Shown here in pieces: positions 1 to 11,016 of a DNA stretch of 64,000 bases. Source of the DNA: Acidobacteriota bacterium (GTDB lineage: Bacteria > Acidobacteriota > UBA6911 > RPQK01 > JAJDTT01). The translations under genes and the position numbers were made by a program. The DNA lies in NCBI GenBank assembly GCA_965217775.1, contig CBDCJH010000002.1, positions 3,744,001 to 3,808,000 of the forward strand. Direction: 5' to 3'. Each line of letters begins with the position of its first letter. Positions within the stretch are counted from its first letter, which is position 1. The notes beneath the pieces were generated by a model. That model saw only the letters and a list, made by a program, of their open reading frames with translations. It did not search any database and had not been told where the DNA came from.

Positions 1-1239
1 TGCGGTGTAGACGCCACCGGGCACGCGGAAGGGACGCCGCCTTCCGGGCCGCTTCACCCGTAGGATCAGGACCCCCAGACAGACGAAAAAGAAAACGGTG
101 GCCAGACACATGACTGCCATGCCGACAATGGGACCCAGACCTCCACGGCCCAGGAAACTGCCCAACGCGCCGATCAAGCCGACCAGGAGGACCGCGCGGC
201 CGGGAGATCCGAACACGGGATGGACCGCGGCGAAGCCGGCCGGGATCATGCGGGCCCGGCCCAACGCGAAGACCAACCTCGAAGCCGCAATAAAGATGGG
301 ATTGAGCGTCGTGATGAGACCCAGCAACCCCGTGAACACGATGATTCTTCCAAACAGCGGCGAATCGAATCTGGACTCATACGTGGCGGCCGTGGTCAGA
401 CCCTCCAATCGGACGGCCTCCTGCCACGGCGTGGCCATGGACACGGAGAGAATCAGCAGACAGTAGAAAGCCCCACCCGCGGCGATGGAGGCGACCATCA
501 TCAGGGCGGCCCTCCTCATGGGGGTTCCCGGCGACTTCTCCTCCATGACCTGGGGGATCGTGTCGAAACCCGCCATGAAGAACGGAGCCGTCATCAGCGC
601 CGCCAGGATTCCGGGCCAGACCGATCCCATCCGGTCACGCTGGAAGAACGGTTCCAGGTTTCCCGTCTCTCCGAAGGCGATCCCGGCAATGATGAAAACG
701 GCACAGGACACGATGAAGACGGCCGTGAGCACTTCCTGGAACCGGGCAGCCAGCTTCATCCCGCGATAGATCAGGGCCGTCATCAGGACCATTCCACCCA
801 GCGCGATCAACAGGCTCCCTAAACGCACCGGATGTCCGCCCACCGAGTACAGTTCCGGTCCCGAAATGCCCGGGAAGAGGGCGTCCGCGATCAATGCCAG
901 CGAGATCGCTTCCCAACTGGTCACGGCGATGTACTCGAAGGCCAGCAGCCAACCGCACAGGAAGGAGAGGCGGAGCCCGTAGACTTCATAGGTATACGCG
1001 ACCTCCCCGCCGGCGACAGGGAACATCCCCGCCATCTCCGCGTAGCAGAGCGCGATCACGAGCATGACCACCCCGCCCGCCGCGAAACCGGCGATGGCCC
1101 CCAGGGGCCCGGAGGTGGAGAGCCAGACGCCGGGATAGACGAGCCACCCGACCCCGACCACCGTGCCGTAGGCCAGCATGAAGAACTGGCGGGCGCTGAC
1201 CGCTTTCCTCAACTGCGGGCGTGGAATCGGATTCGTCAT
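1..1239 (-). CDS. APC-family amino acid permease (3' end runs off the window)
   Basis: Not in the ORF track; manual translation from ATG at 1239 gives MTNPIPRPQLRKAVSARQFFMLAYGTVVGVGWLVYPG...CYAEMAGMFPVAGGEVAYTYEVYG, a typical APC N-terminus followed by multiple hydrophobic helices. Confidence 0.85.
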   Translation of the reverse strand, partial: MTNPIPRPQLRKAVSARQFFMLAYGTVVGVGWLVYPGVWLSTSGPLGAIAGFAAGGVVMLVIALCYAEMAGMFPVAGGEVAYTYEVYGLRLSFLCGWLLAFEYIAVTSWEAISLALIADALFPGISGPELYSVGGHPVRLGSLLIALGGMVLMTALIYRGMKLAARFQEVLTAVFIVSCAVFIIAGIAFGETGNLEPFFQRDRMGSVWPGILAALMTAPFFMAGFDTIPQVMEEKSPGTPMRRAALMMVASIAAGGAFYCLLILSVSMATPWQEAVRLEGLTTAATYESRFDSPLFGRIIVFTGLLGLITTLNPIFIAASRLVFALGRARMIPAGFAAVHPVFGSPGRAVLLVGLIGALGSFLGRGGLGPIVGMAVMCLATVFFFVCLGVLILRVKRPGRRRPFRVPGGVYTA

Positions 1240-1244
1240 ATCCC

Positions 1245-2606
1245 CTATCTAAATAGCGAGTGGAGGGTCTTCAGGACTTCTTCGACCAGCACATCTCCCC
1301 CTTCGGGCCCGACCAGGAACTGGTCGGCGCTGTATCCGCCACCGGCCACCGCCTCCGTCGTCGGAAGGTAACCCGCCAACTGACTGGCCAACTGAACCGT
1401 GAAGGTCAACACGGCCGGGCTTCGCGCCTGAATGCGGATGGAATACTCCAGGTAGAGCTCAAAAGGGACGCTCACCAGCGCAACATCGCCCACGCGAATC
1501 ACGTGGACGCGAAACTTCCCGCCGCCGTCGATGGGATAGGGCGGTTTCCGCGACGGGTCGGCTCTCGGCAGGTCGAGATACAGGATCCTGTGCGTCAGTT
1601 GCAGCTTCCTCTTGATTCCGAACTTGGAGTACGGCAGGACGGCGTCCAAAGCGTCGGCGATGCGGAGGGCGATCTCCTGGCGGCTGGAAATGCCCTTACG
1701 CTCCAGCATGATCTGCTCGGCGCGTTTGCGAAACATCAGGTGCGGAGAAATGTCGCCTGAAGCGGCGCATTGAGGAAAGATGAACCAGTCGGCTTGATGC
1801 CGGTTTCGAACTTCCTGCCGGACCTCGTGCCAGAAGTCGGCGGAGACCTCCGAGATACCTTCGGTTTCCTGCGAGGGCGCGGCCAAATTGATCACGACGC
1901 CGGTGAGCTCCTCCTGGTTATTCCAGAAGAAGAGCATCGGCACCCCGGGATCCTCGAACCCTTCGATCCCCATGAAGTCTTCCCTGCTGGTGTCCCCGTA
2001 CATCACCGACTCGCCGCTGCGATAGACGGCGCGGCGGTTGTGTCCGACCACGGCTTGTCCCAGTCCCCAGCTCATGCCGGCCGGCTTGCGGCTCTGCCAT
2101 GCTTTCACCAGACCCTCGGACAGCCGGTTCACCAGCCACCGGCCGTACCCGGTTGAGCTCATGGCCACCGGCGGCGGTTCGTCGCCCCACCAGATGCTGA
2201 AGGTGCCGTCGACCTGACCCGGGGCGGTATGGGTGTGCGTGGCGTGAAGAAACACCTTCTCAGGGTCGAGATCCTTCACCTCTTGGGAGACCGAACGCCG
2301 CAGACCCTTTTCGGTGACCTGCCGGATGTAGCCGAGATCGCACGAGATCATGACGGCCTGTTCCAGCGAACGGCCGTCCTGCTTCGTTTCGAGAGCCAGA
2401 ACCGTCGCCGTTAGCGGATCTCGGGCCCGGCCAGCGATACGCGGACGTTTCTGACCCACGAGCGCCACTTCCCGGGGCGGCGTGATGACCACCTCGGCCC
2501 AGCCCACGTAGAGCGTCCCCTCGGAAGCAAGGGCCGGCACCGAAACCGCGGACAGAGTTATCGCAACAATGAGATGAAATGATACGGACGCTGGGAATGG
2601 CTTCAT
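1245..2606 (-). CDS. Exported neutral/alkaline ceramidase-like amidohydrolase
   Basis: Signal peptide; G-A-x-x-x-ITP-like N-terminus, ATHTHTAP motif, GDxA..PFELY and GYLPT..A..GGGY C-terminus. Confidence 0.75.
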   Translation of the reverse strand: MKPFPASVSFHLIVAITLSAVSVPALASEGTLYVGWAEVVITPPREVALVGQKRPRIAGRARDPLTATVLALETKQDGRSLEQAVMISCDLGYIRQVTEKGLRRSVSQEVKDLDPEKVFLHATHTHTAPGQVDGTFSIWWGDEPPPVAMSSTGYGRWLVNRLSEGLVKAWQSRKPAGMSWGLGQAVVGHNRRAVYRSGESVMYGDTSREDFMGIEGFEDPGVPMLFFWNNQEELTGVVINLAAPSQETEGISEVSADFWHEVRQEVRNRHQADWFIFPQCAASGDISPHLMFRKRAEQIMLERKGISSRQEIALRIADALDAVLPYSKFGIKRKLQLTHRILYLDLPRADPSRKPPYPIDGGGKFRVHVIRVGDVALVSVPFELYLEYSIRIQARSPAVLTFTVQLASQLAGYLPTTEAVAGGGYSADQFLVGPEGGDVLVEEVLKTLHSLFR

Positions 2607-2666
2607 TATTATTCTCCGCTGGATAATCATAAGATACACAGTGAATTGACGACCTTCGAGAGTCTC

Positions 2667-3968
2667 ATGGAAGACAAGTGGAAGAAATCAAGGGAGTTCC
2701 TGGTTCGGGCCGAAGGATCCCTCGCCGGCGGCGTCAGTAGTCCTTTCCGGCGCAAGTCTCCGGTGCCCCTGTTCTTTCGGGATGGCTCGGGTTGCCGGCT
2801 GGAAGACGTGGACGGAAACCGCTACATCGACTACGGCCTGGGCTGGGGCCCTCTGATTCTGGGCCATCGCCACCCTGCCCTCTTGGAGACGCTTCGGTTC
2901 CAAGTGGAGCGTCCCTTTCACTACGGTGCCCAGCATGAGCTCGAGTCCCGTCTTTCCGAGCGAGTCCAACGGCTCGTCCCGTGCGCCGAACGGGTGGCCT
3001 TCACTTCCAGCGGAAGCGAAGCCGTGCAACTGGCCCTACGCCTGTCCCGAGCCTTCACCGGGCGCAAGCTCGTGGTCAAGTTCGAAGGCCACTACCACGG
3101 CTGGATGGACTCGATCCTGGCCAGCTACCACCCCCCGCTGGAAGAACTCGGGACTATCGAGCAACCTCGGACCGCGCCCGGCACGCGAGGACAACTGCTG
3201 ACGGCGCTGGATGATCTGCTGGTCTGTAGCTGGAACCGAACGGACCTGGTGAGGGACCTCTTTCGGCAGTATGGCGACCGGATCGCCGCCGTCATCATGG
3301 AACCGGTCCTCTGCAACAGCGGCTGTCTGCTGCCTCGGGAGGACTACCTGCGCAGCGTTCAAGAGCTCTGCGCCCGGCACGGCGCCCTCTTCATCTTCGA
3401 CGAGGTCATCACGGGCTTCAGGATCGCCCTGGGCGGCGCCCAGGAGCTTTACGGAATCACGCCCGATCTGTGTACCCTCGGGAAAGCCATCGGGGGCGGC
3501 CTGCCCTTCAGCGCGGTGGCCGGCCGCCGGGAAATCATGGAGCAACTGATGGACGGCGTCGCCTTCGGCGGGACCTACAACGGCAACCCCCTGTCCGTCG
3601 CGGCCGCCGACTCCACCCTGGCTGAACTCGAAAAAGACGGCGGCGCGGCACTGGCTCATGCCCGGGCCAGGGGAGAGAGGCTGATGGCGGGCTTGCGGGC
3701 ACTGGCCGCGAGCCGGCCGTTTCCGGTGAAGATCACCGGGCTGGGGGCGGCGTTCAGCGTCCACTTCACGAACAAAGACGACCTGGTCGACTATCGGGAT
3801 ACGCTGGGGGACGACACGGACCGTCTGAGTCGGTTCGTCATGGAAGCTCTGAAGGAGGGCATCTATCTCCTGCCCGACGGAAGATGGTACGTCTCGGCCG
3901 TCCACGGCGAAGAGGAAATAGCCGAGACGCTGGAAAAGATGGCACTCGTATTCCAACGCCTATGCTGA
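2667..3968 (+). CDS. Class-III PLP aminotransferase, glutamate-1-semialdehyde aminomutase-like
   Basis: GGVSSPFR, DVDGNRYIDY, SGSEAV, KFEGHYHG, FDEVITGFR, LGKAIGGG, GGTYNGNP motifs. Confidence 0.85.
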   Translation: MEDKWKKSREFLVRAEGSLAGGVSSPFRRKSPVPLFFRDGSGCRLEDVDGNRYIDYGLGWGPLILGHRHPALLETLRFQVERPFHYGAQHELESRLSERVQRLVPCAERVAFTSSGSEAVQLALRLSRAFTGRKLVVKFEGHYHGWMDSILASYHPPLEELGTIEQPRTAPGTRGQLLTALDDLLVCSWNRTDLVRDLFRQYGDRIAAVIMEPVLCNSGCLLPREDYLRSVQELCARHGALFIFDEVITGFRIALGGAQELYGITPDLCTLGKAIGGGLPFSAVAGRREIMEQLMDGVAFGGTYNGNPLSVAAADSTLAELEKDGGAALAHARARGERLMAGLRALAASRPFPVKITGLGAAFSVHFTNKDDLVDYRDTLGDDTDRLSRFVMEALKEGIYLLPDGRWYVSAVHGEEEIAETLEKMALVFQRLC

Positions 3969-6412
3969 ATCCCGCAGCACCGTGGAGGCTCTCGGCACTG
4001 ACCCTGAGGGCTGTTTTTTCGTTCTCGATTCTGCTGGCGTACGGGGCAGAAATTCGGGCGGCCGGCCAGGAATCCGTCTGCCAAGGGGAATATGAGGAAG
4101 CCCTGTCCCTGATTCTCCAGGCCCGGACGGTCGAGGCCAGAGACAAGCTCCGGAAGTGCCTTTCCGGGGACCGGGCCGACGCCGACCTGCATTATCAGCT
4201 CGCCCGCACCCACATCATCGACTTCAACCAGTCGCGCAATGCCGGCGAGGGTCGCCAGTCTCTGGGGAACGCCGTTCGTGAGCTGGACCGGGCGCTCGCC
4301 ATCGAGCCTGAACATCTCAACGCCCTTCGGCTGAAGTACCCGATCCACCGGGGAAAGGGCAGCATCCACTACGATCCCGGCGGCGCCTACGAGCTGGCCC
4401 GGAAGGTCATGGATCTTCAGCCCTCGTCCCACCCGTTTCTGCTGAACGTCGCCGAGTGGATGGGACTGAGCGGGGTCCGCTTCTACGTCGAGAGCGAAGA
4501 CCGGGTTCCGCATGATTCCATGATCGGACTCGATCGGGCCGCCTCCCTCCTGAAGCAAATGCTCGGAGAAACGGTGCCATTCACGCCGGACGAGGAGTCG
4601 GCGCTCATACTGCTGGGCAAGGTCCAGGCAAAGAGCGGCCGGCACGCGGAGGCCATCGAGACCTATCAGTCCGCGCTGTTGCGGCGCCTGTCGCCCGCTC
4701 AGCGGATCGAAGCCTTCCGCGGAGCCGGAACCAGCCATTTTCACCTGGGCAACTATCCCGCGGCCGGCAAGTCCTTTCTCAATGCTCTGCAGATTCGAGT
4801 CGATCCGTTCAGTCAGTGGCTGTTCAAACTGGTCCTGGACCGGTTGGGAAGACTGCCTGTCGATTTTCCGCCCGAGCTGCTCTTTCCACTTCGCCGGGAG
4901 CCGACCCATCCGGCGAACCCACCCCTCCTGGAATTCACCGACGTGGCCGCCGAACTGGGTGTCAACCGGCGGGACGGTCACGGCACGTGCGCCTGGGGAG
5001 ACTACGACGGAGACGGGGACCTGGACCTGCTCCTGGGCGGGAGGGACACCTTCATCGCGCTCTACCGCAATGACGGGCGTCGGTTCGTGGAGGTCACGGA
5101 TCGGGCGGGGCTGGCGAAGGTTCCATCGGGCTACAGTCTCAACTTCGTCGACTACGACGACGACGGAGCGATCGACATCTACTTGTCCCTCAACGGCTGG
5201 AGCGGCCCCATGGCCAACCGGCTTTTCCGCAACCGGGGAGACGGAACCTTCGAAGACGTCTCGCAACGGGCCGGCGTGGCGGATCGGGGCTCCGGGTTCG
5301 TGTCCCTGTGGGGAGATCTCGACAACGACGGAGACCTGGACCTGGTGGTGGGCAACGGGGTTCTGAGGGACGGGTCGACGACTCGGATCTACCGAAACAA
5401 CGGCGACGGGACGTTTTCCAACGTGACTCGACAAGCCGGCTTGGCGGAGCCTCCCGAATTCGGGACCATCGGAATCGCGCTGGGCGACTACGATCGGGAC
5501 GGAGACCTCGATCTGTTCATCAACGGCTGGGCTCCCGCTCCCAACCGCCTTTATCGCAACAACGGCAATCTCAGCTTCACCGAGGTGGCCCGGCAAGCGG
5601 GGGTCGTTCAGCCCGCCCACGCCGGATACGTCTGTTTCTTCTTCGACTACGACAACGATGCCTACCCCGACATCCTGGCCACCAGTCTGGGGACCTGGCC
5701 GGCGGTGCTGGCCGGTCTGCAGCGGTCATATTCCATCCCCAACCTGGAGGCGGTCGATCCCAACGCCCCCCGCCTCTTTCGAAACAACCGGGACGGGACC
5801 TTCACCGATGCGACCTGGGAGGCCCGGCTCCACTATCCGGTGGGCAGCATGGGCGCCGGCGTGGCCGACGTGGACAACGACGGTTACATCGACATCTTTT
5901 TCGGGACGGGAGACCCGCAGCTTTCCCGCCTGGAGCCCAACCGTTTCTTCCGCAACAACGGTGACGGGACTTTCTCCGACCTGACCATGACCTCGGGGCT
6001 GGGGCACATCGGAAAAGGTCACGGCGTGACCTTCATCGACTACGACGAGGACGGCGACCTCGACATCTACGCCCAGATCGGGGCGGCCGATCCCGGGGAC
6101 ATGTGGGAGAACGCCTTCTACAAGAACCAGAAGGGGAACCGGAACCACTGGCTTCAGGTTGATCTCGTCGGAACCCGAAGCAACCGCTACGGCGTGGGAG
6201 CGACGCTGGTGGCCCGTGCCGGCGGCTTGATCGTGCACCGCGAAGTGAAGGGCAGCGAGGGATTCGGATCCACCAACCCCTATCGGGTGAGCTTCGGGTT
6301 GGGTCGCAGGACTCGGGTCAACACTCTCGACGTCATCTGGCCGAGTGGGCAGAAACAGACCCTCCAAGACCTGCCGGCCGACAGGCAGATCGTGGTGAAG
6401 GAAGGCGAATAG
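3962..6412 (+). CDS. TPR + FG-GAP/CRTAC1 (ASPIC/UnbV) protein
   Basis: N-terminal TPR-like helices, repeated GDYDxDGDLDL and LYRNNGDGTF motifs, C-terminal ASPIC/UnbV (V.WPSG). Confidence 0.85.
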   Translation: MLNPAAPWRLSALTLRAVFSFSILLAYGAEIRAAGQESVCQGEYEEALSLILQARTVEARDKLRKCLSGDRADADLHYQLARTHIIDFNQSRNAGEGRQSLGNAVRELDRALAIEPEHLNALRLKYPIHRGKGSIHYDPGGAYELARKVMDLQPSSHPFLLNVAEWMGLSGVRFYVESEDRVPHDSMIGLDRAASLLKQMLGETVPFTPDEESALILLGKVQAKSGRHAEAIETYQSALLRRLSPAQRIEAFRGAGTSHFHLGNYPAAGKSFLNALQIRVDPFSQWLFKLVLDRLGRLPVDFPPELLFPLRREPTHPANPPLLEFTDVAAELGVNRRDGHGTCAWGDYDGDGDLDLLLGGRDTFIALYRNDGRRFVEVTDRAGLAKVPSGYSLNFVDYDDDGAIDIYLSLNGWSGPMANRLFRNRGDGTFEDVSQRAGVADRGSGFVSLWGDLDNDGDLDLVVGNGVLRDGSTTRIYRNNGDGTFSNVTRQAGLAEPPEFGTIGIALGDYDRDGDLDLFINGWAPAPNRLYRNNGNLSFTEVARQAGVVQPAHAGYVCFFFDYDNDAYPDILATSLGTWPAVLAGLQRSYSIPNLEAVDPNAPRLFRNNRDGTFTDATWEARLHYPVGSMGAGVADVDNDGYIDIFFGTGDPQLSRLEPNRFFRNNGDGTFSDLTMTSGLGHIGKGHGVTFIDYDEDGDLDIYAQIGAADPGDMWENAFYKNQKGNRNHWLQVDLVGTRSNRYGVGATLVARAGGLIVHREVKGSEGFGSTNPYRVSFGLGRRTRVNTLDVIWPSGQKQTLQDLPADRQIVVKEGE

Positions 6413-6420
6413 AGCCGCTG

Positions 6421-6481
6421 TGAGAGGGGAGTGCCAATCCCCCGCTCCCCGGATTCGGGGATTGAAAACCCCCGCCCCCAT
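6421..6481. repeat. REP-like palindromic intergenic repeat (family B)
   Basis: Short GC stems such as GGGGATTGAAAACCCC; related motifs at 11017, 38218, 56791, 58566. Confidence 0.5.
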
Positions 6482-6532
6482 AGATCGAGATTGGAGCGGC
6501 GGTTGGTGTAGAATTGTCGGCAGGTCCCTCTC

Positions 6533-9500
6533 TTGAAAAGAAACAGAACCAGCGTCGTCTTCCTGTCCATCGCCGGACTGGCATTGGTGACCCAGACTCG
6601 TTCGGAGGTCGGCCCTTCGGACTTGGAGTCGCGGGCTACCGAACTGATCGCGGCCGAATGCCTCGGATGTCACAACCCGGAACTGGCGACTTCCGGTCTG
6701 AACCTGACGCGGCGCGAGAGCGCTCTTCGCGGCGGAGACCACGGGCCGGTTCTGGTTCCGAGTCACCCTGAGGCCAGCCTCCTGTGGTCCAAGGTGTCCT
6801 CCGGCGAGATGCCTCCGGGGAGTCCGCTGTCCGCACCCGATCGTGAAGTCTTTCGAGATTGGATTGCGGCGGGCGCGCCATGGGACCATCCGATCGGGTC
6901 CAAATCGCCGGCGAAACGGAGCGACTCCAACTGGTGGTCCTTCCAGCCCTTGCAAGAGTCACAGCCACCATCGGCCGAGACGGCTCCCGAGCACTGGCAG
7001 ACCTCGCCCATCGACCGTTTCGTTCACGCCCGGATGGAGGAAGCGGGTCTGGAACCCAATCCGCCGGCCGACCCCCGGACCCTCATTCGCCGCGCCAGCT
7101 ACGATCTCATCGGCCTGCCGCCCGACTTCGAGGAGGTCTCGGCCTTCCTGGACGACCCCTCGCCTGCAGCTTACGAGAAGCTGATCGACCGGCTGCTCGC
7201 TTCTCCCCGCTACGGGGAGCGCTGGGGACGCCATTGGCTCGACGTGGTGCGATTCGCCGAGAGTGAGGGGTTCGAACGGGACACGCTCCGGGAAAACGCC
7301 TGGCCCTATCGCGACTACGTCATCGAGAGCTTCAACCGGGACAGATCCTACCTGGATTTCGCGCGGGAACAGATCGCCGGCGACGTGTTGGCGCCAGTTA
7401 CCCGCGACGGCCTTGTCGCCACCGGTTTTCTGGTGTCCGGACCATCCGACACCGTCGGATTCATGTCGAGCGTGCCCGTGCAGCGTGAGATGGTTCGCCA
7501 AGACCAGATGGAGGAGATGATCGGGACGGTTTCGCAAACTTTCCTGGGCCTGACCGTCAACTGCGCTCGCTGCCACGACCACAAGTACGATCCCATCCCG
7601 CAGCGCGAGTACTACCGGATGAAGGCCGCCTTCGACGGTGTCTGGCAAGGCGACCGGGACCTGCTGACGCTCGACGAACAGCGCGCGCGCCGGCAACGGG
7701 TTCAACCGCTCGAGGGGCGTATTGCCGAGCTCGAGGACCGTTTGGCTGCCTTCGAGGTTCCCGCCCGCCGGCGGTTGTTGTCACAGAAGGCTGGTCCTAA
7801 AACGAGCGCCGTCGCGCCCTCTCCCTTCGGCCAGTGGACGTTCGATCTCGACAGCCGGGACTCGGCCGGGTCTCTTCACACCGAGATGTCGGAAAAAGTG
7901 GTCCTGGCTGAGGGGCGCCTGCGGGCGGCCGCTGGCACCAAGCTTACGGAGTCGGTCGCCAGGACGGTCCCGCTTGCACGGGAATTGCGTGAGAAAACGC
8001 TGGAGGCATGGATCCGGGTGAATCGCCTGCCGGAAAAGCAGGTCGGCGTCTTCAGGATCCACAATACGAAAGCGTTTCTGGGCGCCGTCCTGGACGGCAT
8101 CATGTTCTCCGGCGGCGACGCCAAGGAGTGGCGGAATATCAGCTCGAGCTCATTCCGCACCGCCGAAGGGAACGGGACGCCGGAAGCGGCTGAGGAAAAC
8201 CGGCTCGTCCATATCGCCATCTGCTACGCCGCCGACCACAGCATTCGCCTCTACCGCGACGGGAAACCGTACGGAAAAGCTTACACCCCCGATCTGAGGA
8301 TCGAGGAGGGTCGGTTGCAGACGTACTTGGCCGGGGAAGGCAAAGTAGCGTTCAACGTCTCCGAGGATCTTGAACTCGAAGAGGCGCGGCTCTACGACAT
8401 GGCCTTGACCGGAGAACAGGTCGAGGCCTCCTACCTCACCGGGGTTCTCAATGTCCGGCGGGAAGAATTGGACGAAGTCATGACTCCCGCCGAAAGGTCG
8501 AGCGCGCTCGAACTGCGCGCCGAGCTGGGACGATTGCGGGACCGGCGGGAGGTGATTCCGGACCCGCAGAAGATCTATGCTGCCGCCGTCAGACAGCCCG
8601 GGGCCACCTACCTGCTGGAACGCGGCGACCCGAACGCGAAGCAGGAGAAGGTTTCCGCCGGCGGCTTGTCCTGCGTCCCGACCCTGTCGCCGGAGTTCGG
8701 ACTGGAGGTGGACGCTCCCGAAGCGAAACGCCGGATGCGGCTGGCCGAGTGGATGGCGAATCCCCGAAATCCCATCTTTGCCAGAACCATGGTGAACCGT
8801 GTCTGGCACTACCTTTTCGGAAGGGGCCTGGTCGAGAATCCCAACGATCTCGGTTTCAATGGCGGTCCACCGACGCACCCGGAGCTGCTCGACTGGCTGG
8901 CCGGCGAGTTCGTCCGGGGCGGTTGGAGTGTCAAGAAACTGCACAAGCGGATCATGATGTCGCAAACCTACCGGCAATCCTCCGACTGGAGGAAGACGGC
9001 CGCCGCCAACGATGCCGGCAATCGGCTTCTCTGGCGTTACTCTCCGAGGCGCCTCGAAGGGGAGGCCATTCGCGACGCGATGCTGCTGGTCAGCGGACAG
9101 ATCAATTGGGAAATGGGGGGCGCCAGCTTCCGTCCTTTCCAGGAAGAAGAGAAGTTCAACGCCTTCGAGATGTATACGCCGGTCGACTCCGATGAGCCCG
9201 CGCACAACCGGCGCACCGTGTATCGCATGAACGTCGCCTCGGCTGCGAGTCCGTTGCTCGATTCGTTCGATTGCCCCAATCCCAATGTCAAGACTCCCAA
9301 GCGAGTGGTCACGACGACTGCACTGCAGGCACTGAGCCTCATGAACAATGCTTTCGTCCTGCGGCAGGCCCGGGCGTTCGCCGACCGGATCGAGCGGGAA
9401 GTCGAATCAGACCGGGAGCGCCACGTCCGGCGTGCTTTCGAAATCGCGCTCGGACGGACGCCGGGGCGTGAGGAGATGGCGTGGAGTGAAGATCTGGTCG

Positions 9501-9568
9501 GTGAACACGGCCTGTCGAGCCTCTGCTGGGGTCTCTTCAACACCAGCGAGTTTCTCTACCTGAATTGA
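6533..9568 (+). CDS. Planctomycete cytochrome c + DUF1549/DUF1553 (PSD1) protein with LamG-like insert
   Basis: CLGCH and CARCHDHKYDP heme motifs, YGERWGRHWLDVVRFAE, PTHPELLDWLA, RRLEGEAIRDAML, FNTSEFLYLN. Confidence 0.9.
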   Translation: MKRNRTSVVFLSIAGLALVTQTRSEVGPSDLESRATELIAAECLGCHNPELATSGLNLTRRESALRGGDHGPVLVPSHPEASLLWSKVSSGEMPPGSPLSAPDREVFRDWIAAGAPWDHPIGSKSPAKRSDSNWWSFQPLQESQPPSAETAPEHWQTSPIDRFVHARMEEAGLEPNPPADPRTLIRRASYDLIGLPPDFEEVSAFLDDPSPAAYEKLIDRLLASPRYGERWGRHWLDVVRFAESEGFERDTLRENAWPYRDYVIESFNRDRSYLDFAREQIAGDVLAPVTRDGLVATGFLVSGPSDTVGFMSSVPVQREMVRQDQMEEMIGTVSQTFLGLTVNCARCHDHKYDPIPQREYYRMKAAFDGVWQGDRDLLTLDEQRARRQRVQPLEGRIAELEDRLAAFEVPARRRLLSQKAGPKTSAVAPSPFGQWTFDLDSRDSAGSLHTEMSEKVVLAEGRLRAAAGTKLTESVARTVPLARELREKTLEAWIRVNRLPEKQVGVFRIHNTKAFLGAVLDGIMFSGGDAKEWRNISSSSFRTAEGNGTPEAAEENRLVHIAICYAADHSIRLYRDGKPYGKAYTPDLRIEEGRLQTYLAGEGKVAFNVSEDLELEEARLYDMALTGEQVEASYLTGVLNVRREELDEVMTPAERSSALELRAELGRLRDRREVIPDPQKIYAAAVRQPGATYLLERGDPNAKQEKVSAGGLSCVPTLSPEFGLEVDAPEAKRRMRLAEWMANPRNPIFARTMVNRVWHYLFGRGLVENPNDLGFNGGPPTHPELLDWLAGEFVRGGWSVKKLHKRIMMSQTYRQSSDWRKTAAANDAGNRLLWRYSPRRLEGEAIRDAMLLVSGQINWEMGGASFRPFQEEEKFNAFEMYTPVDSDEPAHNRRTVYRMNVASAASPLLDSFDCPNPNVKTPKRVVTTTALQALSLMNNAFVLRQARAFADRIEREVESDRERHVRRAFEIALGRTPGREEMAWSEDLVGEHGLSSLCWGLFNTSEFLYLN

Positions 9569-9579
9569 CGGAGTGCCCT

Positions 9580-11016
9580 ATGCTCATCCCATCAGCGGTC
9601 CAACGCCGATTTTCCCCGCTCTCCCGCCGCCGGTTGCTCTTCGATGCCGGAGCGGGATTCGGCTGGGTTGCCCTCTCTTGGTTGACCCAACGGGAAGCGT
9701 TGGCTGGGGCGGCTGTGCGGGGGGCCGACCCAACTTCCAGAACGGGTCAGGTGCCGCACTTCGCGCCCAGAGCCAAGCGAGTGATCCAGATATTCGCGGT
9801 CGGCGGCATGAGCCACGTCGACACCCTGGATTACAAACCGGAACTCTCCAGGCGAAACGGCACGCCGTTCAATATGACGACCTTTTTTGGCCAGGCGGGC
9901 CACCTCTACGGGAGTCCGTTCGAGTTCCGCCGGAACCGTGAGAGTGGACTGTGGGTGAGCAACCTGCTGCCGCATTTGCGCGGTTGTGCCGACAAACTCG
10001 CGCTGATTCAGTCGATGGTCTCCAACAGCGCCAACCACATGCCCGCCGTGGCTCAGATGAACACCGGATTCGCGCTGAGCGGCTTCCCCAGCATGGGTGC
10101 CTGGATCAGCTACGGGCTGGGCACCGAGAGCGAGGACCTGCCGGCGTTCGTCGTCCTGCCCGACCCCGCCGACCACCCTTGGGGAAGCGGCCTGCAATGG
10201 GGTGCTTCATTCCTGCCCGCTTCTCATCAGGGGACGCCGTTTCGGACGTCCGGCGACGCCTTGGCTGACCTGACCACGCCCGAGTCCGTCCGTCCCGCAC
10301 AGCGGAGTGCGAGCCTGGAGTGGCTGGCGCGAATGAACCGGATCTACCAGCGGGAACATCCGGGCGACAGTTCGTTGCAGGCGCGCATCAGCTCCTATGA
10401 GCTGGCGGCGCGGATGCAGTTGAGCGTCCCCGAGATTGCCGATATCGAGCGCGAAAGCGAGAGTACTCGCCGCCTCTACGGCCTCGAGTCAAAAGAAACC
10501 GAAGCGCTCGGCCGCCGCTGTCTGCTGGCGCGCCGCTTGCTGGAGCGAGGAGTCCGATTCGTTCAGGTGTATCACGGCGGCACCAAGAAGACTTGGGACG
10601 CCCACTCCAGACTGGAGAAACACCACACCAAGATGGCGCTGGAATACGATCGTCCGGTGGCCGGCCTGCTCCAGGACCTGGATTCGCGCGGCATGCTGGA
10701 GGATACCCTGGTATTGGGGGTGACCGAGTTCGGCCGGACGCCCGTCGCCCAGGGAGGCAGCCTGGGACGCGACCATCACCCCGAATGCTTCACCTGCTGG
10801 CTGGCCGGGGCCGGTCTCAAGCGGGGTTTCATCTACGGAGCCTCAGACGAACTGGGCTACAAGCCGGCGGAGAACCCGGTCACGATCTACGACTACCACG
10901 CCACGGTCCTCCACCTGCTGGGGATCGACCACAAACGCCTTACCTATTACCACAACGGCATCGAACGCCGCCTGACCGACGTCCACGGGCGAGCCGTCAC
11001 CGAATTGTTGGCGTAG
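9580..11016 (+). CDS. DUF1501 family protein (Tat-exported)
   Basis: SRRRLL Tat motif, PRAKRVI, GGMSHVDTLDYKP, LLERGVRFVQ, EFGRTP, GRDHHP; usual partner of DUF1553. Confidence 0.9.
   Translation: MLIPSAVQRRFSPLSRRRLLFDAGAGFGWVALSWLTQREALAGAAVRGADPTSRTGQVPHFAPRAKRVIQIFAVGGMSHVDTLDYKPELSRRNGTPFNMTTFFGQAGHLYGSPFEFRRNRESGLWVSNLLPHLRGCADKLALIQSMVSNSANHMPAVAQMNTGFALSGFPSMGAWISYGLGTESEDLPAFVVLPDPADHPWGSGLQWGASFLPASHQGTPFRTSGDALADLTTPESVRPAQRSASLEWLARMNRIYQREHPGDSSLQARISSYELAARMQLSVPEIADIERESESTRRLYGLESKETEALGRRCLLARRLLERGVRFVQVYHGGTKKTWDAHSRLEKHHTKMALEYDRPVAGLLQDLDSRGMLEDTLVLGVTEFGRTPVAQGGSLGRDHHPECFTCWLAGAGLKRGFIYGASDELGYKPAENPVTIYDYHATVLHLLGIDHKRLTYYHNGIERRLTDVHGRAVTELLA

Noticed and set aside
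2667-3968. Housekeeping hemL
   Set aside because: GSA-like, but no tetrapyrrole context and the family has many paralogs; symbol withheld
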